From the NCBI GenBank assembly GCA_964493145.1, contig CAZBMV010000001.1:169812-233811 (forward strand): 64,000 nt of DNA, read 5' to 3'. Of this stretch, positions 47,447 through 55,974 are shown piece by piece. The DNA is from an uncultured Candidatus Saccharibacteria bacterium (GTDB lineage Bacteria; Patescibacteriota; Minisyncoccia; Phycocordibacterales; UBA918). Below the pieces are notes generated by a model that did not search any database, was not told the origin of the DNA, and saw only the letters and a list, made by a program, of their open reading frames with translations. Every line of letters begins with the position of its first letter. Position 1 is the first letter of the stretch. The position numbers and the translations under genes are program-made.

Positions 47447-47840
47447 TGGAGGTGCGGAGATTTGAACTCCGGTCCGAGAGTGGCCGTACGTACGAATCTA
47501 CAGTGCGTAGTTCTCCTTTACATTTAGACCGTGAATCGTAAAGGTGAACGAACATATTCACAGTCGAGTTTCCAAGAAATTCCGCACACTACGGAAACGA
47601 GGTAGTGTGCCACAGTCTGATGTTTATTTCACTACGACAACCGTATCAGACGTAGGGTTGTGTAGCGTCGCGCGAGCGAGCGTATAGTTACGCTACAGCT
47701 GGTGCGAATCCGAACGCGTGAGCGTAAGGACTTGGTACGCTATTCTTTGCACGTACTAGTGAATGAATTTTAAGGAAGTTCCATTCAACTTCCGCACTGC
47801 ACGTACCGTGCGGGGCAAACCGTCTAAGCCTGTCACCCCC
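47447..47840 (-). ncRNA. ssrA: tmRNA (SsrA)
   Basis: minus-strand 5' GGGGGUGACAGGCUUAGACGG.. pairs with 3' ..GCACCUCCA (G3-U wobble); tRNA-like T-arm GGAGUUCAAAUCUCC; directly adjacent to smpB; candidate tag reading frame ends ..AHAFGFAPAVA-stop. Confidence 0.7.
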
Positions 47841-47889
47841 GACATTCCATGTACAAAAAATTGTGTACATGAGATGTCGGGAAGGACAG

Positions 47890-48333
47890 TTACCGGTGCT
47901 TCATTTCGCGCTCAATGTCGCGCTTCACATCACGTGCCTTGATACTCTGACGTTTGTCCGCCTTTTTTTTACCGCGCGCAATCGCAATCTGGAGCTTTAA
48001 TTTTGAACCTTTATTATACCACTTAATAGGGACTATTGTCAATCCTTGCCGCTCGCTCTTCTGCTCAAGTTCCCGAATCTCTTTTTGTGTGAGGAGGAGT
48101 TTTCGTGTACGCTCCGGGTCGTACTCTCTTGCATTCGCCTTTTGGTACGCGGGGATAGACGCACCGGTGAGGAACGCCTCATTACCGCGAATGATGACGT
48201 GCGCACCATCAAGTTTCCCCTGTCCGCTACGGAGAGACTTCACCTCGGTACCAAGGAGAGATACGCCCGCATCGTACGTTTCAAGGATTTCAAAATTGAG
48301 AGTCGCTTTTTTATGTCGCGCAAGTTCCGCCAT
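47890..48333 (-). CDS. smpB: SsrA-binding protein SmpB
   Basis: ..ATLNFEILETYDAGVSLLGTEVKSLR..KLLLTQKEI.. typical SmpB; start at MAELARHKK. Confidence 0.88.
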   Translation of the reverse strand: MAELARHKKATLNFEILETYDAGVSLLGTEVKSLRSGQGKLDGAHVIIRGNEAFLTGASIPAYQKANAREYDPERTRKLLLTQKEIRELEQKSERQGLTIVPIKWYNKGSKLKLQIAIARGKKKADKRQSIKARDVKRDIEREMKHR

Positions 48334-48407
48334 AAAAAATACTATAGCACGAAACAGCGGTCCGCTATCTCTCGCAAACATCGTCGTTTTATGTATAATG
48401 CTCGGGT

Positions 48408-50477
48408 ATGTCAACACCACACGAAGAGCCAAAAAATACAGAGCACCAGGGTGCCCCCGAAGGTGGGAATCAAGGAAAGCGTGGAAAGCAAAAGAAGCGT
48501 ACGCCACACCTCAAAATGCCGGAGAAGTTGCCTGTGGGCCCCGGAAATTTTTGGAACAACATTCTCTCTACGGTACTCTTTCTCATTGCGCTCTCGTTCC
48601 TGTACTCGTACGCAACCGACACGACGGGGAAGCCGGAAGAGTACTCCATCTCGCAAATTGCCGAGCAGGTGAAGCGCGAAGAGGTGCGTGAAATTGTCGT
48701 GAAGGGGACGACGCTTGAGGTGTACTACAACGACGAAACGCGTACGCAGGGGATTTCAAAAAAGGAAAACGACGCGGCGATTACCGAGACACTCACAAAC
48801 CTCGGCGTGACCGTTGATCAGGTGTCTCGCGTTGCCATTAACGTACAGAATGAGACCGGGTTCAAGTACTGGCTCTCAAACCTTGCACCGTTTCTCTTCC
48901 CACTCATTCTCCTCGGGTTCATTATCTGGTTCTTCACGCGCTCGGTGCGCGGTGCGGGGATGCAGGCACTCAACTTCGGTTCTTCAAAGGCGCGAATTAT
49001 TGATCCGAACGACCAGACGCAGAAGGTGACCTTTAAGGACGTGGCGGGAGCAAAGGAGGCGAAGCAGGAACTTGAAGAAATCGTTGACTTCCTCAAGAAT
49101 CCGAAAAAGTTCTTGGACATCGGTGCGCAGATTCCGAAGGGGGTCATGATGATGGGGGCTCCTGGGACAGGGAAGACACTCCTCGCGCGCGCTGTTGCCG
49201 GAGAGGCGGGAGTGCCATTCTTCTCAATCTCCGGTTCGGAATTTGTTGAAATGTTTGTCGGCGTCGGTGCGTCTCGTGTACGAGACCTTTTCCAGATGGC
49301 GAAGAAGGCCGCCCCCGCAATTATCTTCGTTGATGAGATTGACGCGGTCGGACGTGTGCGCGGTACGGGTGTCGGTGGCGGTAATGATGAGCGTGAGCAG
49401 ACTCTCAACCAGATTCTCGTTGAAATGGACGGATTTGAGCCAAATGAAAAGGTGGTCGTCATGGCGGCGACGAACCGTCCCGACGTGCTTGATCCAGCCC
49501 TCCTTCGCCCCGGACGATTTGATAGACGTGTCACCATTGACCTCCCCGACAGGAACGACCGCAAGGAAATTCTTGAGGTGCACGCGCGAAAGAAGCCACT
49601 TCAGGAAGACGTGAATCTGGATATCATTGCACAGCGCACGCCGGGGTTCTCCGGAGCCGACCTCTACTCACTTATGAACGAGGGAGCAATTCTCGCCGCA
49701 CGTGAGGACAGGAAGAAGGTTGGGCAGTTTGACCTCATCCGTTCCATTGAGAAGGTAATGCTCGGCCCGGAACGTAAGAGCCACGTACTCTCAAGACGTG
49801 AGCGTGAGATAACTGCGTACCACGAAGCGGGTCACGCGCTCGTCGCATCGGTTCTCCCGTACGCAGACCCCGTGCAGAAGATTTCCATCATCTCACGTGG
49901 TCGCGCGGCAGGGTATACACTCAAACTCCCCGATGAGGATAGACGCATGCAGTCGCGAAAGGAATTCTTTGACGACATCGCGATGACACTCGGCGGGTAC
50001 GTAACGGAAGAAATGATTTTTGATGACCTCACCACCGGTCCGTCAAACGACCTTCAGGTTATTGCAAATCTCGCGCGCGACATGGTGACGAAGTACGGCA
50101 TGAGCGAAAAGTTTGGCCCTGTGGCTCTTGAGGGAACGGGTGGACGACTCATCGGTGGTGGTCTCTCCGAAGACCGTGGCTACTCACTTGAGGTTGCAAA
50201 GCAGATTGATGACGAGGTACGCCACATCGTAGATACCGCAAAGGAACGCGCACGTGAGATTCTCACGAAGCATCGCAAAGCGCTTGATGCCGTCGCACAC
50301 CGCCTCCTTGAGGTGGAAACACTTGAACGGGAAGAGTACGAAGCGATACTCAAGGTGCAGGGAGTGGAGATAGAGGACGCGTACAAGGAGATGCGTGAGA
50401 AAGAGGAACGCATTGGCGACCCTTCAAAATCACTTGAACTTGATGGAGGAAACATCGCCGTTGACGGAGGGAAGTAA
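48408..50477 (+). CDS. ftsH: ATP-dependent zinc metalloprotease FtsH
   Basis: AAA Walker A/B ([27 protein letters not shown]), SRH, HEAGHAL zinc motif. Confidence 0.93.
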   Translation: MSTPHEEPKNTEHQGAPEGGNQGKRGKQKKRTPHLKMPEKLPVGPGNFWNNILSTVLFLIALSFLYSYATDTTGKPEEYSISQIAEQVKREEVREIVVKGTTLEVYYNDETRTQGISKKENDAAITETLTNLGVTVDQVSRVAINVQNETGFKYWLSNLAPFLFPLILLGFIIWFFTRSVRGAGMQALNFGSSKARIIDPNDQTQKVTFKDVAGAKEAKQELEEIVDFLKNPKKFLDIGAQIPKGVMMMGAPGTGKTLLARAVAGEAGVPFFSISGSEFVEMFVGVGASRVRDLFQMAKKAAPAIIFVDEIDAVGRVRGTGVGGGNDEREQTLNQILVEMDGFEPNEKVVVMAATNRPDVLDPALLRPGRFDRRVTIDLPDRNDRKEILEVHARKKPLQEDVNLDIIAQRTPGFSGADLYSLMNEGAILAAREDRKKVGQFDLIRSIEKVMLGPERKSHVLSRREREITAYHEAGHALVASVLPYADPVQKISIISRGRAAGYTLKLPDEDRRMQSRKEFFDDIAMTLGGYVTEEMIFDDLTTGPSNDLQVIANLARDMVTKYGMSEKFGPVALEGTGGRLIGGGLSEDRGYSLEVAKQIDDEVRHIVDTAKERAREILTKHRKALDAVAHRLLEVETLEREEYEAILKVQGVEIEDAYKEMREKEERIGDPSKSLELDGGNIAVDGGK

Positions 50478-50493
50478 CGAAATACAAAAGAAG

Positions 50494-50552
50494 AAAACCG
50501 CGTGGCCTCGGCCACGCGGTTTTTATAAAAAAAGACCACCGATGCGGTGGTC
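50494..50552. terminator. back-to-back terminator hairpins (ftsH plus-strand; 50567..51031 gene minus-strand)
   Basis: AAAACCGCGTGGCCtcgGCCACGCGGTTTT and GACCACCGatgCGGTGGTC with flanking T/A runs. Confidence 0.55.
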
Positions 50553-50566
50553 TTAAAAAGGGAATT

Positions 50567-51031
50567 TTAGTGCCCGTGTAGGGTGCCGAAGATGCGTTGG
50601 AGTTCACTCCACGGAATGAGAATATTCTCTCTCGTCACAAAACGTCGTGCGCGTTCGTGGGTCAATTCCAATTCCGGGTCAGCGTCCCCGTTCTCATTGA
50701 GGATGTTGATTGCATCTTCAAGGAGGATGAGTGCCGGAAGCGAAAAATCATCACGGAGTTCACCGAGTACGTGGTGACGCTTCAGCAGTTGAGCGTGTGC
50801 ACAGTAGAAGACAATTGCGTCGGGCTTTTCGTAGTCAAACTCTCCATGGGCGTCGCGCTCGTATCCGAGCTCATACATTCCCGTGTATCGACTGAACGTG
50901 AGTTGAGAATGGTCGCCACACCATGTGCGTGAAAAACAGTGAAGAAGGCGCATATTTTCTTGCCAAATTACTCTGTCACCACGTGATGCTCGTTCAAGGT
51001 ACGTGAGAAAGCCAGGATGGATTGTAAACAT
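50567..51031 (-). CDS. hypothetical protein (154 aa)
   Basis: ORF only. Confidence 0.4.
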   Translation of the reverse strand: MFTIHPGFLTYLERASRGDRVIWQENMRLLHCFSRTWCGDHSQLTFSRYTGMYELGYERDAHGEFDYEKPDAIVFYCAHAQLLKRHHVLGELRDDFSLPALILLEDAINILNENGDADPELELTHERARRFVTRENILIPWSELQRIFGTLHGH

Positions 51032-51103
51032 GAATCCTCCGACAGTGAGGTTGTAAGGAACCTGCTAGGGGGAGTTTAACACAAAGCGCCTATAAAAAAA
51101 GCA

Positions 51104-51784
51104 TTAGCGGAGGCGATCCTCACCGACAACGCGCCCGTCTTCCATGCGAATGATGCGATTGCAGTACTTTGTGTACTCATCCTCGTGCGTCACCATGACG
51201 ATGGTTTGCCCTTTCTTGTTGAGAGCCCCGAGGAGGTCGATGACTGCGTTTCCGGAAATAGTATCAAGATTTGCGGTCGGTTCATCGGCAAAGATAATTT
51301 TTGGATTTCCGGCGATGGCTCGTGCAATCGCGACGCGCTGCTGCTCACCACCGGAGAGTTGCGAGGGGAGATTACTGTCTTTTTCCGGAAGCCCGACTGC
51401 ATCAAGGGCGCTCTGTGCAGTATAGCGCGCCTCATCCCATGAACGCCCCTTCATGAGAAGTGGCACCATAATGTTTTCAAGCGCGCTGAGATCTGGCACG
51501 AGCGCGTAGTCCTGAAACACGTAGCCCAATGTATTGAGACGAAATTCTGTCTGTGCGCGCTCGGGAAGTTCTTGGATGTTTACTCCATCAATGGTGATTG
51601 TTCCCGAGGTCGGATGGTCGAGAACCGAAAGTTGGTACATGAGTGTTGATTTGCCTGCCCCTGACTTTCCCATGATGGCAATAAATTCGCCCTGCGATAC
51701 CGAAAGAGAAATGCCACGAAGCACCTGCGTCATGAGCGTTCCCTCACCGAATGCTCGTTCTACGTTGTGTGCAGTAATAAGTTC
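51104..51784 (-). CDS. ABC transporter ATP-binding protein (MacB/LolD-type)
   Basis: Walker A GKSGAGKST, signature LSGGEQQRVAIARA, Walker B IIFADEPT. Confidence 0.88.
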   Translation of the reverse strand, partial: ELITAHNVERAFGEGTLMTQVLRGISLSVSQGEFIAIMGKSGAGKSTLMYQLSVLDHPTSGTITIDGVNIQELPERAQTEFRLNTLGYVFQDYALVPDLSALENIMVPLLMKGRSWDEARYTAQSALDAVGLPEKDSNLPSQLSGGEQQRVAIARAIAGNPKIIFADEPTANLDTISGNAVIDLLGALNKKGQTIVMVTHEDEYTKYCNRIIRMEDGRVVGEDRLR

Positions 51785-51788
51785 CATA

Positions 51789-53036
51789 CTATTTTCTACC
51801 GAGGATTGAGTTAAGGGTGTTCTGTCTCGTAATGAGCCACGCGGGGAGGAACCCGGCAATGAGTGTCGTAATGAAGAGTGTGACAAATTTGTAAAAAGTG
51901 GAAAGGGGATCGGCGACTAAGATGCCGTCACTGAAGGGGAAGTGAATTGGATTTGCATCAAAGTATGGTATGAGCACTGCGTACGTGAGAATGGCACCGA
52001 TTGCAGAACCCACGAGTGCGTAGAACGCCGCTTGGAGCACGTAGGCGATTTCAATTGCACGTTCGTCAATACCGATACCTTTTAAAATACCAATGTGTCG
52101 TCTGCGTGAGATCGCATTCACAAAAATGATAATGAAAATGGTAATGGAGGCAACGACGATGCCGATAGAGCCGATGAAGGTTCCTAAAAGGTTGAAGGTA
52201 TTTTTGATGTCGGTGAGAAACTTCGGGACACCTTCTTCAAATGTCTGAATTTTTGCGAACGTATCAAGGTTGCTCCGCACGAGTGACTCTTTAATTTTTG
52301 CATTATCCTCCGGCTGTGCGAGGCGGGTGACGATGAGGTCTGCGTTTTGGTCAATGCGACCGAAGAGGCGACGAAACTCGCGTTCGGGGATGTACGTGTT
52401 GAGGTTGATGTCGTCCACCTTTGACTGCAGGACACCCTTCACGGTGAATTCTTTTGATACCTTGCCTGCAGTAAGGCGGACTGAGTCGCCGGGGTGCACG
52501 TCCTCAATTGTCTCAAAGATGTCACCGTAGAGCTCTGCGAACTGACTCAGGTAGTACGCACCGATGAGAATGTACCCCTCTTCGTTCGGGTCAAGGTACT
52601 CTCCCTCAACGACGTAGTCGGAGAGGTACGTCATGCGGTCTTCGGCGACGACATCAATGCCGGTCACCTTTACCGCGGCGATATCGCGCTCTCCACCGAG
52701 GTCCTTGCGTTCTTTGTAGTTTGCTTCCAGTTCACCTCCACCGCTGTAGCGAACGGAGTACGTGGTAATTTCCGGGTACACAGAAAGTTCGCGGAGCATC
52801 GCACGGGTATCAAGGATGTGGTCTTCGCCGTCCTTCGCGGAAATGGTGAGGTCACCGTACGCGTTCTCCCTGACGGCGCGCTCTGCACCAACGATGAGCC
52901 CGACGAGCACGCCGGAGACCGCAATGAGATTGAGGAAGGTGAACATCATCACGAAGATGATGAGGAGTGTCGTCCACGTACTCGCACGCTGTATTTGGCG
53001 GAGTCCGAGGAGAAGCCCGATACGAAAGGTGCGCAT
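51789..53036 (-). CDS. ABC transporter permease, FtsX/MacB-like
   Basis: 415 aa; N-terminal TM, large periplasmic domain, 3 C-terminal TM helices. Confidence 0.8.
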   Translation of the reverse strand: MRTFRIGLLLGLRQIQRASTWTTLLIIFVMMFTFLNLIAVSGVLVGLIVGAERAVRENAYGDLTISAKDGEDHILDTRAMLRELSVYPEITTYSVRYSGGGELEANYKERKDLGGERDIAAVKVTGIDVVAEDRMTYLSDYVVEGEYLDPNEEGYILIGAYYLSQFAELYGDIFETIEDVHPGDSVRLTAGKVSKEFTVKGVLQSKVDDINLNTYIPEREFRRLFGRIDQNADLIVTRLAQPEDNAKIKESLVRSNLDTFAKIQTFEEGVPKFLTDIKNTFNLLGTFIGSIGIVVASITIFIIIFVNAISRRRHIGILKGIGIDERAIEIAYVLQAAFYALVGSAIGAILTYAVLIPYFDANPIHFPFSDGILVADPLSTFYKFVTLFITTLIAGFLPAWLITRQNTLNSILGRK

Positions 53037-53042
53037 ACGTGA

Positions 53043-54554
53043 TTATGGTGCGACGACAGAATCGCCCTCATTAAGTCCCTCAATGTGCGCGTAGCCGTCA
53101 TTGCCCTGCATGACAACGGTGACCGGTACCGAGCGTGTTTTCTTCTCATCGGGGACGAGTACGGAATACGTACCGTCGTCAGCCTCAACGAGAAATCGTT
53201 TTGGAATGCGAAGGACGTCTTCGTGTTTTTCAATAATGATATTGATGTCGGCGTTGAGTCCACCGCGCACCCACGGCTTTGGATCATCAAGGATAAGCGT
53301 CGTTTCAAAGTACGAAACGCCGGCAATCTCAGTCGCAACAGGTGAAATGTGGATAATGGTTGCGGTGAGGGGTTCTGTTGGCGCCGCGTCAAACACGACG
53401 TCCGCCTTTTGCCCCACAGCGATTTTCGTAATATTTATCTCGGGAATAATCGCCTCAATCTCAAAGTACCCTTCGGACACCATGGTGAGCACCGGCTCGG
53501 TAGTGACGATTTCTCCGGGTGCGAGATCAAGGTGGGTGACGGTACCGTCAAACGGCGCTCTTAAAATGTGATCTTGTATCTGCGCACCGATTGAAGCAAG
53601 TTGCGCTTCCGCCTGCGTGACTTGCGCTTCTTTGCGGATTACCGACTCCTCCCGTGGATTTGCGATTGTGAGTGTTGCGGTCTTTTCGGCGAGTTCAAGC
53701 GCCTGTGTTGCCGCATGGATTGCGTTTTCACGTGTGGTGACGGCGAGGTCGTAGGCGTTTTTGTTGGTAACGTATGACGTGCTTTCGGTGTTCGGTATCG
53801 CAATGTGCCACACCGATCCGCCGTACGAGACTCCATCCTCAAATTGGATTGAGAGACCACACGCGCCCATGGGAGCCGGTGACTCCGTGTACGCGGTGTA
53901 GGTACCACCTTCAAGTCCGGAGAGTCGGTACGAGTAACCGGATTTTGCGCCCGAGCCGAACACATCAAGAATGTACGTACCTTCCCCGCACGTGTACGTA
54001 CCGTACACTGATGGAGGCGTGTCCGCATTGCTTTTATCCTTAGGGCGTGCAACGAGGTCTGTTGAGAGGAGTGCACGGTATGCGGTCGCCACCTTTTCAT
54101 TTTGCTCGCGGGTAATACGCGAGAGGTCATCCTTCGCTATTTCCACCTTAGTCGTTTCAATCGCACGCTCTTCCGGTCTGATGCCGGTGATGAGTTCCGC
54201 TTGGTCCGCTTTCGCGATGACGAGTGCGCCGTACGCGTTTTGGTACTGCGCGCTGAGGTTGTCGTGCGCGAGTTCTGCGAGGACAGTATCCTTCTTTACG
54301 AAAGCACCCTCCGCAACCGAGAGCGACTTGAGTACTCCGGTGATAGGGAAACTCAGGTCAGCATTCCGGGTTGCGTCCACGGTACCGGAGACGGTGATGC
54401 TCGTCGCGACCGTTCCATTTTCCACTTTCCCCAAAGTCCACTCAGGCTCACCGTTCTTTGAGCGGACAATGGTAACTACGATAATAAAAATTATGACCGC
54501 CGATACGGTGGTGAGTATTTTCCTCTTCCGGAGGAACGTGATGATCTTTTGCAT
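53043..54554 (-). CDS. efflux periplasmic adaptor (HlyD/MacA family) with large inserted domain
   Basis: N-terminal TM anchor, coiled-coil and beta-barrel regions; start at MQKIITFL; the ORF-track 5' extension runs through a tRNA gene. Confidence 0.7.
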   Translation of the reverse strand: MQKIITFLRKRKILTTVSAVIIFIIVVTIVRSKNGEPEWTLGKVENGTVATSITVSGTVDATRNADLSFPITGVLKSLSVAEGAFVKKDTVLAELAHDNLSAQYQNAYGALVIAKADQAELITGIRPEERAIETTKVEIAKDDLSRITREQNEKVATAYRALLSTDLVARPKDKSNADTPPSVYGTYTCGEGTYILDVFGSGAKSGYSYRLSGLEGGTYTAYTESPAPMGACGLSIQFEDGVSYGGSVWHIAIPNTESTSYVTNKNAYDLAVTTRENAIHAATQALELAEKTATLTIANPREESVIRKEAQVTQAEAQLASIGAQIQDHILRAPFDGTVTHLDLAPGEIVTTEPVLTMVSEGYFEIEAIIPEINITKIAVGQKADVVFDAAPTEPLTATIIHISPVATEIAGVSYFETTLILDDPKPWVRGGLNADINIIIEKHEDVLRIPKRFLVEADDGTYSVLVPDEKKTRSVPVTVVMQGNDGYAHIEGLNEGDSVVAP

Positions 54555-54607
54555 ACAATGATTATAACAATAAAAGAAGCAAAACGAGAATTTAAGCCAA
54601 TCTTCCG

Positions 54608-54629
54608 TTCGTTCGTTTAAACGAACGAA
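54608..54629. repeat. 22-bp perfect palindrome TTCGTTCGTTTAAACGAACGAA upstream of the adaptor/ABC efflux operon
   Basis: self-complementary; core TTCGTTTAAACGAA identical to core of 14111..14158 palindrome (coordinates may be off by 1). Confidence 0.7.
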
Positions 54630-54642
54630 ATCAAGTGGTGTT

Positions 54643-54746
54643 TTTGTCCGTCCTCTTGGACTCGAACAAAGGACCACCGAGGTATATAAAATTAAAAAAT
54701 CCTTTGTCCGCCCGCTTGGACTTGAACCAAGGACCACCGAGGTATA
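54643..54746 (-). repeat. two tandem degenerate copies (~45-58 nt each) of the 3' half (anticodon loop to acceptor end) of the adjacent tRNA
   Basis: TATACCTCgGtGGTCCTTtGTTCGAGTCCAAGAGGACGGACAAA and TATACCTCgGtGGTCCTTGGTTCaAGTCCAAGcGGgCGGACAAA vs tRNA 3' half. Confidence 0.75.
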
Positions 54747-54762
54747 GAAATTCAAATTTTTG

Positions 54763-54836
54763 TCCGTCCTCTTGGACTCGAACCAAGGACCGCAGAGGTA
54801 TAAGCTCTGTGCTCTAACCAACTGAGCTAAGGACGG
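54763..54836 (-). tRNA. tRNA with anticodon UAU (formally Ile, AUA-reading); 74 nt, C1-G72, no encoded CCA
   Basis: cloverleaf by eye: CCGTCCT-TA-GCTC-AGTTGGTTA-GAGC-A-CAGAG-CTTATAC-CTCTG-CGGTC-CTTGG-TTCGAGT-CCAAG-AGGACGG-A. Confidence 0.55.
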
Positions 54837-54993
54837 ACAAAAATTTTAATTTATACAAGTTTCTCTCGCTCGGTTATGAAAATAAACTTTTTCATAACGC
54901 TCGCTCGTTCACTTGTAAGCCGAACACCTGCATGATTTTCTCACACAGGCGGACACAAAAACTATAGCGTAGTGTTTCTTCAAAAACAACAGG

Positions 54994-55027
54994 ATACGAG
55001 AAAAGGCCGACGCACAGCGTCGGCCTT
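54994..55027 (-). terminator. minus-strand rho-independent terminator (AAGGCCGACGcacagCGTCGGCCTT + TTTTCTCGT)
   Basis: read directly. Confidence 0.55.
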
Positions 55028-55169
55028 CCCAGATACAGGATCACCCCCTTTCGTTATCAGGTTTCTTCGCAGAGAAATATTTTTTGATCACGATGGCACC
55101 TCCTGTATGCTGGTTGAGAGGGAACTGCTACGTATCAGCGTAGTATTTCAACTCTCTGAAGTCAAGGAA

Positions 55170-55209
55170 AAAGCAATGAAAAAAGCCGACCAGTGTCATA
55201 TAGTCGGCT
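55170..55209 (-). terminator. minus-strand rho-independent terminator (AGCCGAC..GTCGGCT + TTTTTTCATT)
   Basis: read directly. Confidence 0.55.
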
Positions 55210-55227
55210 TCGTAATCTTTCGCTCGT

Positions 55228-55404
55228 TCAGGCGTGTGCCATCGCTTTTTCCCTCGCCTGAGCGTGCCGCTCGGGAAGCATAAGCCGGTGGCAGTGCCTC
55301 CTGTCGGCAAGCTCCGGCGTATTGGGAGATGGTGGCTTCTGCTGCTTTTTGTGAATGAGAAGAAAAAGAGCGAGTTGCCAAAGATCATTTCCGTGATACT
55401 CCAT
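55228..55404 (-). CDS. small hypothetical protein (58 aa) with one hydrophobic helix, strong SD
   Basis: AAGGAGG 5 nt upstream of ATG; MEYHGNDLWQLALFLLIHKKQQKPPSP.. Confidence 0.35.
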   Translation of the reverse strand: MEYHGNDLWQLALFLLIHKKQQKPPSPNTPELADRRHCHRLMLPERHAQAREKAMAHA

Positions 55405-55478
55405 GACAACCTCCTTTGAGATTGTGTCCACATGGGCACAGCTCAATAATGCTAGTGTTTTTGGTGTGTGTCAAGGTA

Positions 55479-55510
55479 AGAGAAAAGGCCGAGATGCGCG
55501 CATCTCGGCC
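55479..55510 (-). terminator. minus-strand rho-independent terminator (GGCCGAGATGcgcgCATCTCGGCC + TTTTCTCTT)
   Basis: 10-bp perfect stem read directly. Confidence 0.6.
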
Positions 55511-55770
55511 TTGGTTGATGTATGTACATGTGCCACGTGCACAGGTCTTTTGACCTGTGTCCTAGATCACCTAGGGCGGTTTTCTTATGGGCATGGCGTC
55601 TCCTTGGCGAAGAACAGATGCCGGGGTCGCCCCCCGAAACTTCCGGTGGCGACCCCGCGGCGACCGCGGCACCTCTTATCACGGTGACGACGGGGTGCGG
55701 GCGCGCTCCACCGACGGTGGCGGATGCGGGCCCGAGGTGCCAGTGTTGCGGGCTTGGCTACCGGTGCCGA

Positions 55771-55845
55771 TTAGGCGCCGATAACCTGGCCGATGTTGAT
55801 GCCGATGAAGTTGGTTTCCAGACTCTCGTCGTGAATCTTCTTCAC
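55771..55845 (-). CDS. tiny ORF (24 aa, GTG start, GGAGGG SD): MKKIHDESLETNFIGINIGQVIGA
   Basis: SD-like GGAGGG 6 nt upstream of GTG; followed by ~250-nt GC-rich region and a terminator. Confidence 0.25.
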   Translation of the reverse strand: MKKIHDESLETNFIGINIGQVIGA

Positions 55846-55974
55846 TGCAACCCTCCAAGAATGTATCCACATGGACACCCTTTCATGGTACCATATCCAA
55901 AATTTCTGTCAATAGCAAAAAATGTGTTGAAATGTATGGGTTTTAAAGCCGGCGCCCGAAGGGCGCCGGCTTCA

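Noticed and set aside
54555-54821. 5' extension of the MacA-like adaptor ORF (ORF track 53043..54821)
   Set aside because: Extension is translated from the tRNA gene and its tandem partial copies; real start taken at MQKIITFL with adjacent promoter-like palindrome.
54641-54840. Possible CRISPR array (three ~58-bp direct repeats)
   Set aside because: Repeats are contiguous with no spacers and derive from the 3' half of a tRNA; no cas genes; interpreted as att-site scars.
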